This document shows positions 1 to 9,443 of a DNA stretch of 27,261 nucleotides, piece after piece (position 1 is the first letter of the stretch; each line of letters opens with the position of its first letter). The stretch covers positions 1 to 27,261 of the forward strand of contig CBFFRP010000651.1 in NCBI GenBank assembly GCA_965644295.1, given 5' to 3'. This DNA is from Paraphysomonas bandaiensis (Eukaryota > Protista > Chrysophyceae). The notes below the pieces were generated by a model. That model was given only the letters and a program-made list of their open reading frames with translations. It was not told where the DNA came from and ran no database searches. Both the position numbers and the translations under genes were made by a program.

Positions 1-96
1 TAGGCATGTTATGTTATATATGGATGATATGCATGTTATGTTATATATGGATGATATGCATGTTATGTTATATATGGATGATATGCATGTTATGTT
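1..96 (+). repeat. Last ~3.5 units of the 27-bp intronic minisatellite (TGTTATGTTATATATGGATGATATGCA)
   Basis: Same unit, same orientation and same TAGGCA variant as the array at 23538-27261. Ends about 33 nt before the AG acceptor at 128-129. Confidence 0.97.
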
Positions 97-129
97 TGTG
101 AATTGTGCGCTTATATATTTCTTTTGCAG

Positions 130-1926
130 ATGCCGTTTGTCTTTCTGTCTATAATCGACTCTGAGAGAGTGTTTTTCAAGAGCATTGCAGGGGGTGAGTT
201 GCCCTTCAAAAGCATTCAAAGAAATGAATATTTCGCATCTGATGTTGTGAATCTGTCGGACTACAAGGACTTGTTTGTTATCTCAGATGCCTTGGAGACT
301 AGTTATTGCAATTCACCTCTTGTTGTGGGCCCCCCTCACATTCGATTCTATGCAGGGGCACCTATAGTAGTCAATAAGCATTGCATTGGTAGCCTCTGTG
401 TAATTGATGTTAAACCAAGAGCGACTTTCTCAGTTAGAGATAGAATGAATCTACTGGACATAGCGTTCTCTGCTTCGACCTTGCTGGAGCGACGGCGCTT
501 TCATAACATGCGAATGACTGAGGGGTCAAGTAAACGCCTACTATCCTACTGCATAAGTGATTCCATGGGAAATCCAGTGCGGGAGCTGAGTCGTAGTGTG
601 AGTGATCTTGCGGCGGTGAAAAGCAAGATCCTTTTGCCAGATAAGCGAGAAAGTAGTAGCGAGGTGTCATCTCTTAATGACATGCAAGTGGCAGTCACAC
701 AACTCTCAGCCATGATAGGGTGCGGCCTCAGGGAAGGAACGACGGACACCGATTCAAACAACGGTGACAAGCAAGAAGTCAAAGATTGTGTATCATGTTT
801 GTCCTCGGATAGTTTCGGTTCGGCGCTTGGTCTGATACGAGATTCTGTTCCTATGCTTTGCTCTTCACAGCGAGCAGAGTGGACGGTTGACCCCGCTCTG
901 ACATCAAATACAACTATTGTCCCGGCCCTTGATCTCTTTTCGGGAACTCTTCTTTCTGTACTCAGCTACACGGCTATGAATGCTACCGCACTATCAATTG
1001 ACCTTAAGTTTGAACAGTTCAGTGTGTTGAACTCTAAGGGAAGTGGCCTGAAAGATGACTCTTTAAACCAGATGGTTTACAAGACCGAGTCACGCTTTGG
1101 TGAGCTGCGAGTATCTCTAAGTGCGGAGGGGGTTGATATGGCTCACGCTGCATCAAGTAGTATCCAGCGTGATATGACTATTCGTACTAACGATAAAAAG
1201 CATTCCAGAGATTTTTTTATTAAGCTAACACCTGTCAGTGATATATTTGCGCAATCTGGAGGGTCGAGTAGTCTTGGAGTGGAAACTCGGAATGGAACGG
1301 AGACCCTGGTATATAATATTACCGTTCCCTGCCGTATCGAGGCGGAATGTTCAGTGACAGAGTATACTCCTCCGGTTCCCTCATGTCATGCTGCCCAGAG
1401 CGAAACAGAGTCCGCAACTCCATTGGCAAAAGATAACTTAAATGTCCTTATAGTGGACGATAGTCCAGCCACCCGCAAGATCCTTGGAAGATGGCTATCT
1501 CGCAACCGGTGTACAGTAAAGCAAGCAGAAAATGGGCTACTTGGTGTGAATGCTTTAAAGAACAATGATGTGCCATTCGACATCGTATTTATGGATTTCT
1601 TGATGCCTGTAATGGTGAGTCGTGTATGTATTAGTAGATGTGTATTCATCAATTGTGTTGAACAGGATGGTATAGAGGCAATGAATACCTTCAATGAATG
1701 GAAACAAGCATCTCCTGATGCAGCTGCAAAGTATTCCAATACGATGGTGGTAGGTCTGTCTGCAACGGCCGATCAAACCGACCGGGAGAGAGGATTTGCA
1801 GTTGGGATGGACTTCTTCATACAGAAACCCGCCAACCCGAAGCTACTGGGAAAGCTTGTTTCGATGAAGCTTGAACGTTGCTCTATTTCGGAGATTTGTG
1901 AAGCTTGTGCGGAGGATGAGGACTAA
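130..1926 (+). CDS. 3' exons (130-1614, 1666-1926) of a GAF + degenerate histidine-kinase-like + receiver (REC) protein
   Basis: Acceptor ttttgcag|ATG at 129/130. GAF core MPFVFLSIIDSERVFFKS...SPLVVGPPHIRFYAGAPI...IGSLCVIDVKPR. REC motifs VLIVDD, DIVFMDFLMPVM|DG (restored by removing the 51-nt intron 1615-1665), VGLSA and FIQKP. Stop TAA 1924-1926. Confidence 0.92.
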   Translation: MPFVFLSIIDSERVFFKSIAGGELPFKSIQRNEYFASDVVNLSDYKDLFVISDALETSYCNSPLVVGPPHIRFYAGAPIVVNKHCIGSLCVIDVKPRATFSVRDRMNLLDIAFSASTLLERRRFHNMRMTEGSSKRLLSYCISDSMGNPVRELSRSVSDLAAVKSKILLPDKRESSSEVSSLNDMQVAVTQLSAMIGCGLREGTTDTDSNNGDKQEVKDCVSCLSSDSFGSALGLIRDSVPMLCSSQRAEWTVDPALTSNTTIVPALDLFSGTLLSVLSYTAMNATALSIDLKFEQFSVLNSKGSGLKDDSLNQMVYKTESRFGELRVSLSAEGVDMAHAASSSIQRDMTIRTNDKKHSRDFFIKLTPVSDIFAQSGGSSSLGVETRNGTETLVYNITVPCRIEAECSVTEYTPPVPSCHAAQSETESATPLAKDNLNVLIVDDSPATRKILGRWLSRNRCTVKQAENGLLGVNALKNNDVPFDIVFMDFLMPVMVSRVCISRCVFINCVEQDGIEAMNTFNEWKQASPDAAAKYSNTMVVGLSATADQTDRERGFAVGMDFFIQKPANPKLLGKLVSMKLERCSISEICEACAEDED

Positions 1927-2255
1927 AATAGCCTTACGATTGTTAAGGCATATTATATGAAGTGCTGTATAAATTGAAATCTGTTGATTTGTGCAAGTGA
2001 GTATATTATTTGCTACTGTGTAGCGTTACCGAATATATAATAAGTGTTGATATTCTCGGTTAGCAATTGTAATTATGATGTGTGAAATACGATTTCTACT
2101 TGTAAGTTATTCATCAATTTACTGAGCCAACATTCTTTTCTTGAACCTTTAGAAAGAGTAAGAGCCAACATTCTTGTTTTTTCATGTTCTTACTATCATG
2201 AACATGTTTAGATTGTCTGTTGAATTTATACTTTCGTTCTGTATTGAAAATCTTT

Positions 2256-2398
2256 TTATTTAGCAATAGGCGTTAGAAACCTGTACCAATATAGTGGCTA
2301 GTTGAATGCTAGACATAGTAGTGAATGTCTGATTATTTAGCAATAGGCGTTGAGACCTTGCGTCAATTAGTGGCTAGAAGAATGCTAGACATACTAGT
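2256..2398. repeat. Imperfect ~77-bp tandem duplication
   Basis: TTATTTAGCAATAGGCGTT...TAGTGGCTAG..GAATGCTAGACATA occurs at 2256 and 2333. Confidence 0.8.
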
Positions 2399-2435
2399 TA
2401 GACCTCTACCCATAACTACTCCGTGCAAATTCCAT

Positions 2436-3019
2436 TATCCTACTATTTAACGCTACAGAAGCTGCTTGTGCGTCGCCGCAAGCACCAAGGTGCAACCACT
2501 TCTGTTCTTAATGTTGTTTGTGAGTTTCGCCCTGCTCGTGTGTCTTTGGACTCACTGGCGCGTGTTGTCTGGGGTACGGTTCCACAAGGCTCTGTGGTAC
2601 AGGGTTCTGGATTAAGGTTCAAAGTGTACCGAGCACTAGATGTGTGTGCTGAGAGGTGAGTGGTGTGGTGGAAGGTGGCGTTGTCTCCGTGCATCGTTTG
2701 GGCGTCAGGTATAGGTGGAGTTGCCGGAGACTGCATCTTTGTCTAGGACCTGATAGTTTCATGCTGTCCGGTGCTTTATTCCTGCGTGTATGTGAGGTGG
2801 GGTTCGTGTTTGCGGTGGATGGTATTCCAGAACATGTTTCGATTGTCTGTTGAAATTTATATTTTCGTTCTATAAGCTCAACAATCAAGTTTAGGGTGCT
2901 AAGTTTACTCCACAACATAATACTCACTGCTTTTGCTTTGAGTGATAGAGCGAAAGTAGTTGCACCTTGGTGCTTGCAGTGACGCACAAGCAGCTTTCGT
3001 AAATTCAAATAATAGGATA
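2436..3019. mobile_element. ~584-bp non-autonomous TIR element (MITE-like) with ~73-bp imperfect terminal inverted repeats
   Basis: 2436-2508 (TATCCTACTATTT...AAGCTGCTTGTGCGTCGCCGCAAGCACCAAGGTGCAACCACTT) is the reverse complement of 2947-3019 with few mismatches. TA occurs at both extremities (possible TSD). No transposase ORF. Confidence 0.7.
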
Positions 3020-3850
3020 CCAGAGTCTAGCACTAGTTATCAGAAGTTGACATTATTTGCTAAGGTTCACTATTCTCAAATGATCAGATGAAATTATAGA
3101 CATTACATGATAAAGAACCTAAGTTGTGTTCGATGTGTTCAACACCATTCATTTACTACTATAGTGTACAAACCACACACTCAGTGATCGTATCCTGTAT
3201 AGTCACCCACTTCTACTTCAGTTTCATACTACACAATATAATGTACTAATTACATATATATCTTTCGATCCTTGCATCTCACGTAATACTGCACTCAATT
3301 GCAAGTATATAGAATCTTCAGATCTCAGCACTAGTTAGTTAAATTGCAATGCTAAATTTGTTACGAATCTTAATAATCCTATATTGCTAATAATAACACA
3401 ACATTCAGTACTAAATGGATGATCATCAACAGAATTTGCTACAATTTTGACTTTCAATAATATACAATATACATTGTAAAAACTATTATATCATGTATAC
3501 CCTGATTAGTAACGGCTTTTTACTAAGAATGGTGACTACAGTGGTTGGACAGTAATTGAATACAGTTTCAGATTCGATACATTCTATAGTAAAACTAAAA
3601 ATATAGGTTTTGTCGTGAATCTAATACACTACCATAGAGTAGTAAAGTCAAGTTGTCAGTGTTACCTACTCGGCATTTGTGCAGTAACTTCTTTTACAGA
3701 TTTAACAAAATGTGAGGTGTGGACTAGAACAGAGCATTACGCGTTCGACTACCTAGCACAATTCCAAATAAGTTCAATCTTTTAGAAATTCAACCCTTAT
3801 TACAGTCAAATGGAACCCACAGATGTACTATTTATGAGTACAAAGAAAGC

Positions 3851-6388
3851 TTAAGCGTTGGTGATTCTGGTGTATATCATCTGCTTATGGTGCTTCTCTA
3901 CCAGAGCAATCTTTCCTTCCTGTGAAATATATGAGTTCTACGGATCATACAATACATAAAACCTTACCGCCTCCAGACTACGAAGAGCAGCCCTTGCAAG
4001 AGATCCGTTGATCTTAAGACGCTCAATAAGGCCAGACGGGGTGATGAGTTTCATCTGATGGAGTGTATACAAATGTGAGAGTATGGATATTATAACATAC
4101 ACACCTAGATGACGCAACACATCTATAGAACACAACAATCCCATCTACATTTATATACCATACATGCAACACATAGACACATATACCACACATAACATCC
4201 TGTCTATAGATGGGTATGAACATAGTGTGTATGTATATAGATGGGTGTGTATGTATGCAGGGGTGTGTATATATGTAGATGGGTGTGTATGTGTGTCTCT
4301 ATGGCTGTATGTACAGGGGTGTGTGTATATGTAGATGGGTGTGTATGTGTGTCTCTATGGCTGTATGTACAGGGGTGTGTGTATATGTAGATGGGTGTGT
4401 ATGTATGCAGGGTGTGTATATATGTAGATGGGTGTGTATGTGTGTCTCTATGGGTGTATGTACAGGAGGGTGTGTATGTGTGCCTCTACGGGTGTATGTA
4501 CAGGGGTGTGTGTATATGTAGAGGTGTGTACAGGGATGTGTGTATATGTAGAGGTGTGTACAGGGGTGTGTATGTGTGTCTCTATGGGTGTATGTACAGG
4601 GTATGTGTGTACAGGGGTGTGTATGTGTGTCTCTATGGGTGTATGTACAGGGGTGTGTATGTGTGTCTCTATGGGTGTATGTACAGGGGTGTGTATGTGT
4701 GTCTCTATGGGTGTATGTACAGGGGTGTGTATATGTAGAGGTGTGTACAGGGGTGTGTGTATATATAGATGGGTGTGTATATGTAGAGATGTGTACAGGG
4801 GTGTGTGTATATATAGATGGGGGTGTATATGTAGAGGTGTGTACAGGGGTGTGTATGTGTGTCTCTATGGGTGTGTGTACAGGGGTGTGTGTATATGTAG
4901 AGGTGTGTACAGGGGTGTGTATGTGTGTGTATATGTAGAGGTGTGTACAGGGGTGTATATGTAGAGGTGTGTACAGGGGTGTGTATGTGTGTCTCTAGGG
5001 GTGTGTGTACAGGGGTGTGTGTATATGTAGAGGTGTGTACAGGGGTGTGTATGTGTGTCTATGGGTGTATGTACAGGGGTGTGTATATGTAGAGGTGTGT
5101 ACAGGGGTGTGTGTATATATAGATGGGTGTGTGTACAGGGGTGTTTATGTGTGTCTCTATGGGTGTATGTACAGGGGTGTGTATATGTAGAGGTGTGTAC
5201 AGGGGTGTGTGTATATATAGATGGGTGTGTGTACAGGGGTGTTTATGTGTGTCTCTATGGGTGTATGTACAGGGGTGTGTATATGTAGAGGTGTGTACAG
5301 GGGTGTGTGTATATATAGATGGGTGTGTGTACAGGGGTGTGTGTACAGGGGTGTGTGTATATATAGATGGGGGTGTATATGTAGAGGTGTGTACAGGGGT
5401 GTGTATGTGTGTCTCTATGGGTGTGTGTACAGGGGTGTGTGTATATGTAGAGGTGTGTACAGGGGTGTGTATGTGTGTGTATATGTAGAGGTGTGTACAG
5501 GGGTGTATATGTAGAGGTGTGTACAGGGGTGTGTATGTGTGTCTCTAGGGGTGTGTGTACAGGGGTGTGTGTATATGTAGAGGTGTGTACAGGGGTGTGT
5601 ATGTGTGTCTATGGGTGTATGTACAGGGGTGTGTATATGTAGAGGTGTGTACAGGGGTGTGTGTATATATAGATGGGTGTGTGTACAGGGGTGTTTATGT
5701 GTGTCTCTATGGGTGTATGTACAGGGGTGTGTATATGTAGAGGTGTGTACAGGGGTGTGTGTATATATAGATGGGTGTGTGTACAGGGGTGTTTATGTGT
5801 GTCTCTATGGGTGTATGTACAGGGGTGTGTATATGTAGAGGTGTGTACAGGGGTGTGTGTATATATAGATGGGTGTGTGTACAGGGGTGTGTGTATATAT
5901 AGATGGGTGTGTGTACAGGGGTGTGTGTATATATAGATGGGTGTGTGTACAGGGGTGTGTGTATATATAGATGGGTGTGTGTACAGGGGTGTGTGTATAT
6001 ATAGATGGGTGTGTGTACAGGGGTGTGTGTATATATAGATGGGTGTGTGTACAGGGGTGTGTGTATATATAGATGGGTGTGTGTACAGGGGTGTGTATGG
6101 TACCTTGGGGACCTCAGCAAGGAATCTGTTCCAGCTATCCTCATCAAACAACACTTTCGCATTGATCTTCTCCCTCATCTTACCCTTATTCCACTTCTAC
6201 TCATACATCATATGTGTTATATATCTACATACAGTGTATGTATATATCTAAACCTTCTTCTTTGATCTTGCGCCTGCAAGTGCAGCTGCAAGCTTTTGCT
6301 CTTTTGTTTTCTGTTGAACTTTTGGTCCCTATATGATCATTATCATTCATTAGTATCACATATATATATATATGTATATATCTACCAT
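3851..6388 (-). CDS. RPS25: 40S ribosomal protein S25 (eS25), 108 aa; exons 6388-6386, 6328-6254, 6196-6104, 4054-3968, 3919-3851
   Basis: Spliced product MGPKVQQKTKEQKLAAALAGARSKKKKWNKGKMREKINAKVLFDEDSWNRFLAEVPKMKLITPSGLIERLKINGSLARAALRSLEAEGKIALVEKHHKQMIYTRITNA*. All four introns are GT-AG and phase 0. Carries the KKKKW.KGK, LITPS, RLKINGSLAR and IYTR signatures. Confidence 0.96.
4205..6098. repeat. Compound GT-rich minisatellite inside RPS25 intron 3 (4055-6103)
   Basis: Modules GTACAGGGGTGTGT, ATATATAGATGGGTGT, GTCTCTATGGGT and ATGTAGAGGTGT. Pure 34-bp units at ~5845-6098 and a 550-bp tandem duplication at 4791-5340/5341-5890. Confidence 0.95.
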
Positions 6389-6983
6389 CTTGACTGTGAA
6401 AGTGATGAGCTTGTCTATATATACACAAACACACACAGTTGGGTTGTGTATGTATGTATATATATATGCATATATGAGTGGAAGGAGGAAGTGTTTTAGT
6501 CACCAGAAATAATGTATATCTTGAATAGACAAACTGAAAATTAGAGAGAGAAAGGGTATCATATATGTACATATACTATGAAAGGAAATCTTTAATAGAC
6601 AAACTGAAAAATTGTATATGTACATATACTATGAAAAGAACAGAGTCGAGTATCTTTAATAGTCAAACTGAAAAGTGTTAGGACTGTAACTGGGACTCAC
6701 CCCAGTACGTCGTACCACCTTCGTAAACCTCCTCTATTTCCAAAATATTACACTTTTTATACCATGTCTTACTAAATATCCCTTATTTATATAAAATATC
6801 CTAATATATATCAATCTGATACTAGAAATCAGTCTCCATAGCCACAGCTGCCTGCTGTTATAAACTCAACTGACACTGCATTGCAATTACAATTAACAGA
6901 AATATGACATATATATATATGAAATCAATTAATTGAATGTATTTTATGATTATTTCATTGTATTATTAAGTAGAATTGTTTTA

Positions 6984-8170
6984 ATGGGGGGTGTAGTGGG
7001 TCATTTAGGTACGTACATGATCATATGTATGTATATACGTGTATATGTATGTATGTATGCATGTATGTATATATAGAGAGAGGTACCTATAGAGGTTACT
7101 ATACATAGACATACATACACATCTGACATATCACTGTAGTGTGTTTGTTCTTTAAAAGTGGATGTAGTGGTTCGGCTGTTGCCTCTGCACTTGCGTAAGT
7201 CAATCTGCTGATGGTGATGTTTACTCATATAGAAGTTACAGATTTCATCCTCCTGATTCTCTTTATGACTTATGTCTCAATGAGACCACTGGTAAGTACT
7301 CTATTGAGCTATGCAGTGGTATTCCTCGATGCAAATTTAAGGATTTGGAGGTCGATGTTGTGACTACCAAATCAAAAACAGCTGTGCCGGTGTTACTTTT
7401 TCGAGCCGCTCATGCGAAGCATACGATTATATACAGTCATGGGAATGCAACGGATTGCGGTGCAATGTTTGCGTACTATGCTAACTTGTCACAATCACTT
7501 GGGGTGAACGTGGTGGGCTATGACTACACGGGATATGGACCATATAATGGTGTACCAAGTGAGAAGCAGACGTATAAGGATATAGAGGCTGTGTATGCTT
7601 GGGTCTGTAAGCGGGTGTGTCCCAATCCAGGAGAGCAGGTGATACTTTACGGTCAAAGTGTGGGAAGTGGCCCTAGTGTGTATTTGGCTTCACGACAACC
7701 CGTTGCGGGACTGGTGCTTCATTCGCCTATCTTGTCAGGAGTGCGAGTGCTAACATCTTCACGGTTACTCGCCTGTTGTGATATATTTCCCAATATTGAT
7801 AGGATCAAGAGGGTGCGCTGTCCAGTATGGATCATTCATGGACTTGTGAGTGCACATATATTTGAATCTGTAGAAGGCAATATGATATTTGACAACTTGA
7901 TACTTGTAGGATGATGAGGAGGTTTCTGTCAGACACGGCAAAGGTCTGCATGATGCAGGTACGAATTTACTATTGATTTGGAAGTTGCTCATTGTCGTTT
8001 GTATTGACTTTTCAGTCCCGGTGCAACACAAGCATGAGCCGTGGTGGGTGATTCAGCGAGGTCACAATGATGTGCTGGAGGGAAACGAGGCAGAGTATAT
8101 TCGTCGACTAGCAATCTTCCTAAGCCATCTTCGAGGTGGTGTTAGTGAGGTCCACGATTTCGAGTCTTAA
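6984..8170 (+). CDS. ABHD17: ABHD17-like alpha/beta hydrolase (putative depalmitoylase); exons 6984-7008, 7140-7194, 7242-7845, 7910-7958, 8016-8170
   Basis: Spliced N-terminus MGGVVGHLVCLFFKSGCSGSAVASALAFHPPDSLY. Motifs YSHGNATDCG, YDYTGYG, nucleophile GQSVG, acid HGL|DDEEV and histidine GHND. All introns GT-AG and in frame. Confidence 0.93.
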
Positions 8171-8950
8171 TGAAATGGAGTGGGTGTGGCTGCGAAGGAC
8201 CCACCACTTGGGATGGTGATTAATTACGAATGATATAAATATATAAATGTGGCTCGGATGATGCAATAGATTGTATATGTAACTATACTTCCGTCAAAAG
8301 CTATCCTATGTGTCCGTGCACCTTACACTGATTCCCACGCATATGAGTCCCAGATGTAGTGTTTGTAAATGTGTTTTTATGTGTGTTGATTGTGTCTATT
8401 TTGGTCATACTAAATATCATCCTGATTTTGTGCAAAATTATTTCGTAATTAATCCATTTCACATTAATGTGTGAAGCAATTGGAGTGATATAAACTGTCA
8501 TGAAAACAACATGCTTAACATGAACCAAGTAAAGTGTTATTTATTTTCTATCATCGTGTTTTCTAAAGAATAGCATTCCAGTATAATGATTACAATACAT
8601 CAGGGCTAGGAAACAAAATATTGTAATACTGTTGTTAGATAGCGTTCTATCAATACTATTGATGGAGATTTTAAACAAGCTCAACAATACAGTCACAATA
8701 TCTTGAATCCATATGCTAGATACGTTAATATCCGTTACATAGTGATGCTATGAATACAACAGTCTCAGATGGATCACTACAATCCTCCCAACCTTCAAGC
8801 AAACATTCAACAATCAATTGTTGTAATACTAGTGACTTACTTGATAGTATTGTGAGAGATATGCATATATAAAGCAGACTGATGCATGTATCTACAGGCT
8901 CCACGCAGATGATGAGATGGATCTATAATGTATATATAGATCTATAGAAA

Positions 8951-9047
8951 ATCGTCGTTTTGTCATTAAAAAGTCCCTTTTATTCACATTTCACTGAAAA
9001 AACAGTGATTTTTCAATGAAATAAACAATGACAAATGCACAACTACC
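8951..9047. repeat. Degenerate copy of the ~110-bp palindromic element also found (inverted) at 19693-19801
   Basis: ATCGTCGTTTTGTCATTAAAAAGTCCCTTTT..TCAC...CTGAAAAAAC..GATTTTTCAATGAAATAAA...ATGCACAAC aligns with the reverse complement of 19688-19792. Confidence 0.75.
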
Positions 9048-9078
9048 CAGTGTGGGTGGGTGGGAAAAAGTAGATCTA

Positions 9079-9267
9079 GCAAAAAAATCCAGTATATTGG
9101 CTATCAAAAAACAGCATGCATCAAAAAAGCCTTGATTTTTTAGCTGGGTCGACATATTCCCCTTGCCAAATCAATCGACCAGGTAAAGAAATCGCCCTTT
9201 TTCGTTCTTCAAAAACAGTATACAGCTAAAAAGCTTGGATTTTTTGTCATCTGATCGATTTTTTTGC
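9079..9267. repeat. Nested inverted/direct repeat element
   Basis: Termini GCAAAAAAATC / GATTTTTTTGC. Central imperfect hairpin TTTTAGCTGGGTCGA...TCGACCAGGTAAA. Direct repeats TCAAAAA(A)CAG.AT.CA...AAAAAGC.T.GATTTTT at ~9104 and ~9209. Confidence 0.55.
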
Positions 9268-9443
9268 ACTCATAGATATCAGAGTTCAGATATGGTTCTA
9301 TCTATACCGTATACAGTGAGGTGATACTAACCGCTGCTGTTGTGTGTGTATATATACATACATGTCTATATATATATATACATACATACATACATCATCA
9401 TCTCATTCATTTCTCATCACATGTCAATATAAATTTTATTGAT

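Noticed and set aside
103-129. ORF-track start MCAYIFLLQ for the 607-aa ORF
   Set aside because: A TTG start within the polypyrimidine tract/acceptor of the intron. The coding exon begins at 130.
2423-3008. Short ORFs in the TIR element as a transposase or toxin
   Set aside because: No recognisable motifs. The similarity between the two opposite-strand ORF starts simply reflects the inverted repeats.
4055-4205. Intronic snoRNA in RPS25
   Set aside because: No convincing C/D or H/ACA box arrangement seen by eye. An Infernal/Rfam scan would be needed.
4279-6178. Many Cys/Val/Tyr/Gly- or His/Thr/Pro-rich ORFs
   Set aside because: Translations of the intronic minisatellite. Only the MREKINAK...VPK part of ORF 5609-6178 is a real RPS25 exon.
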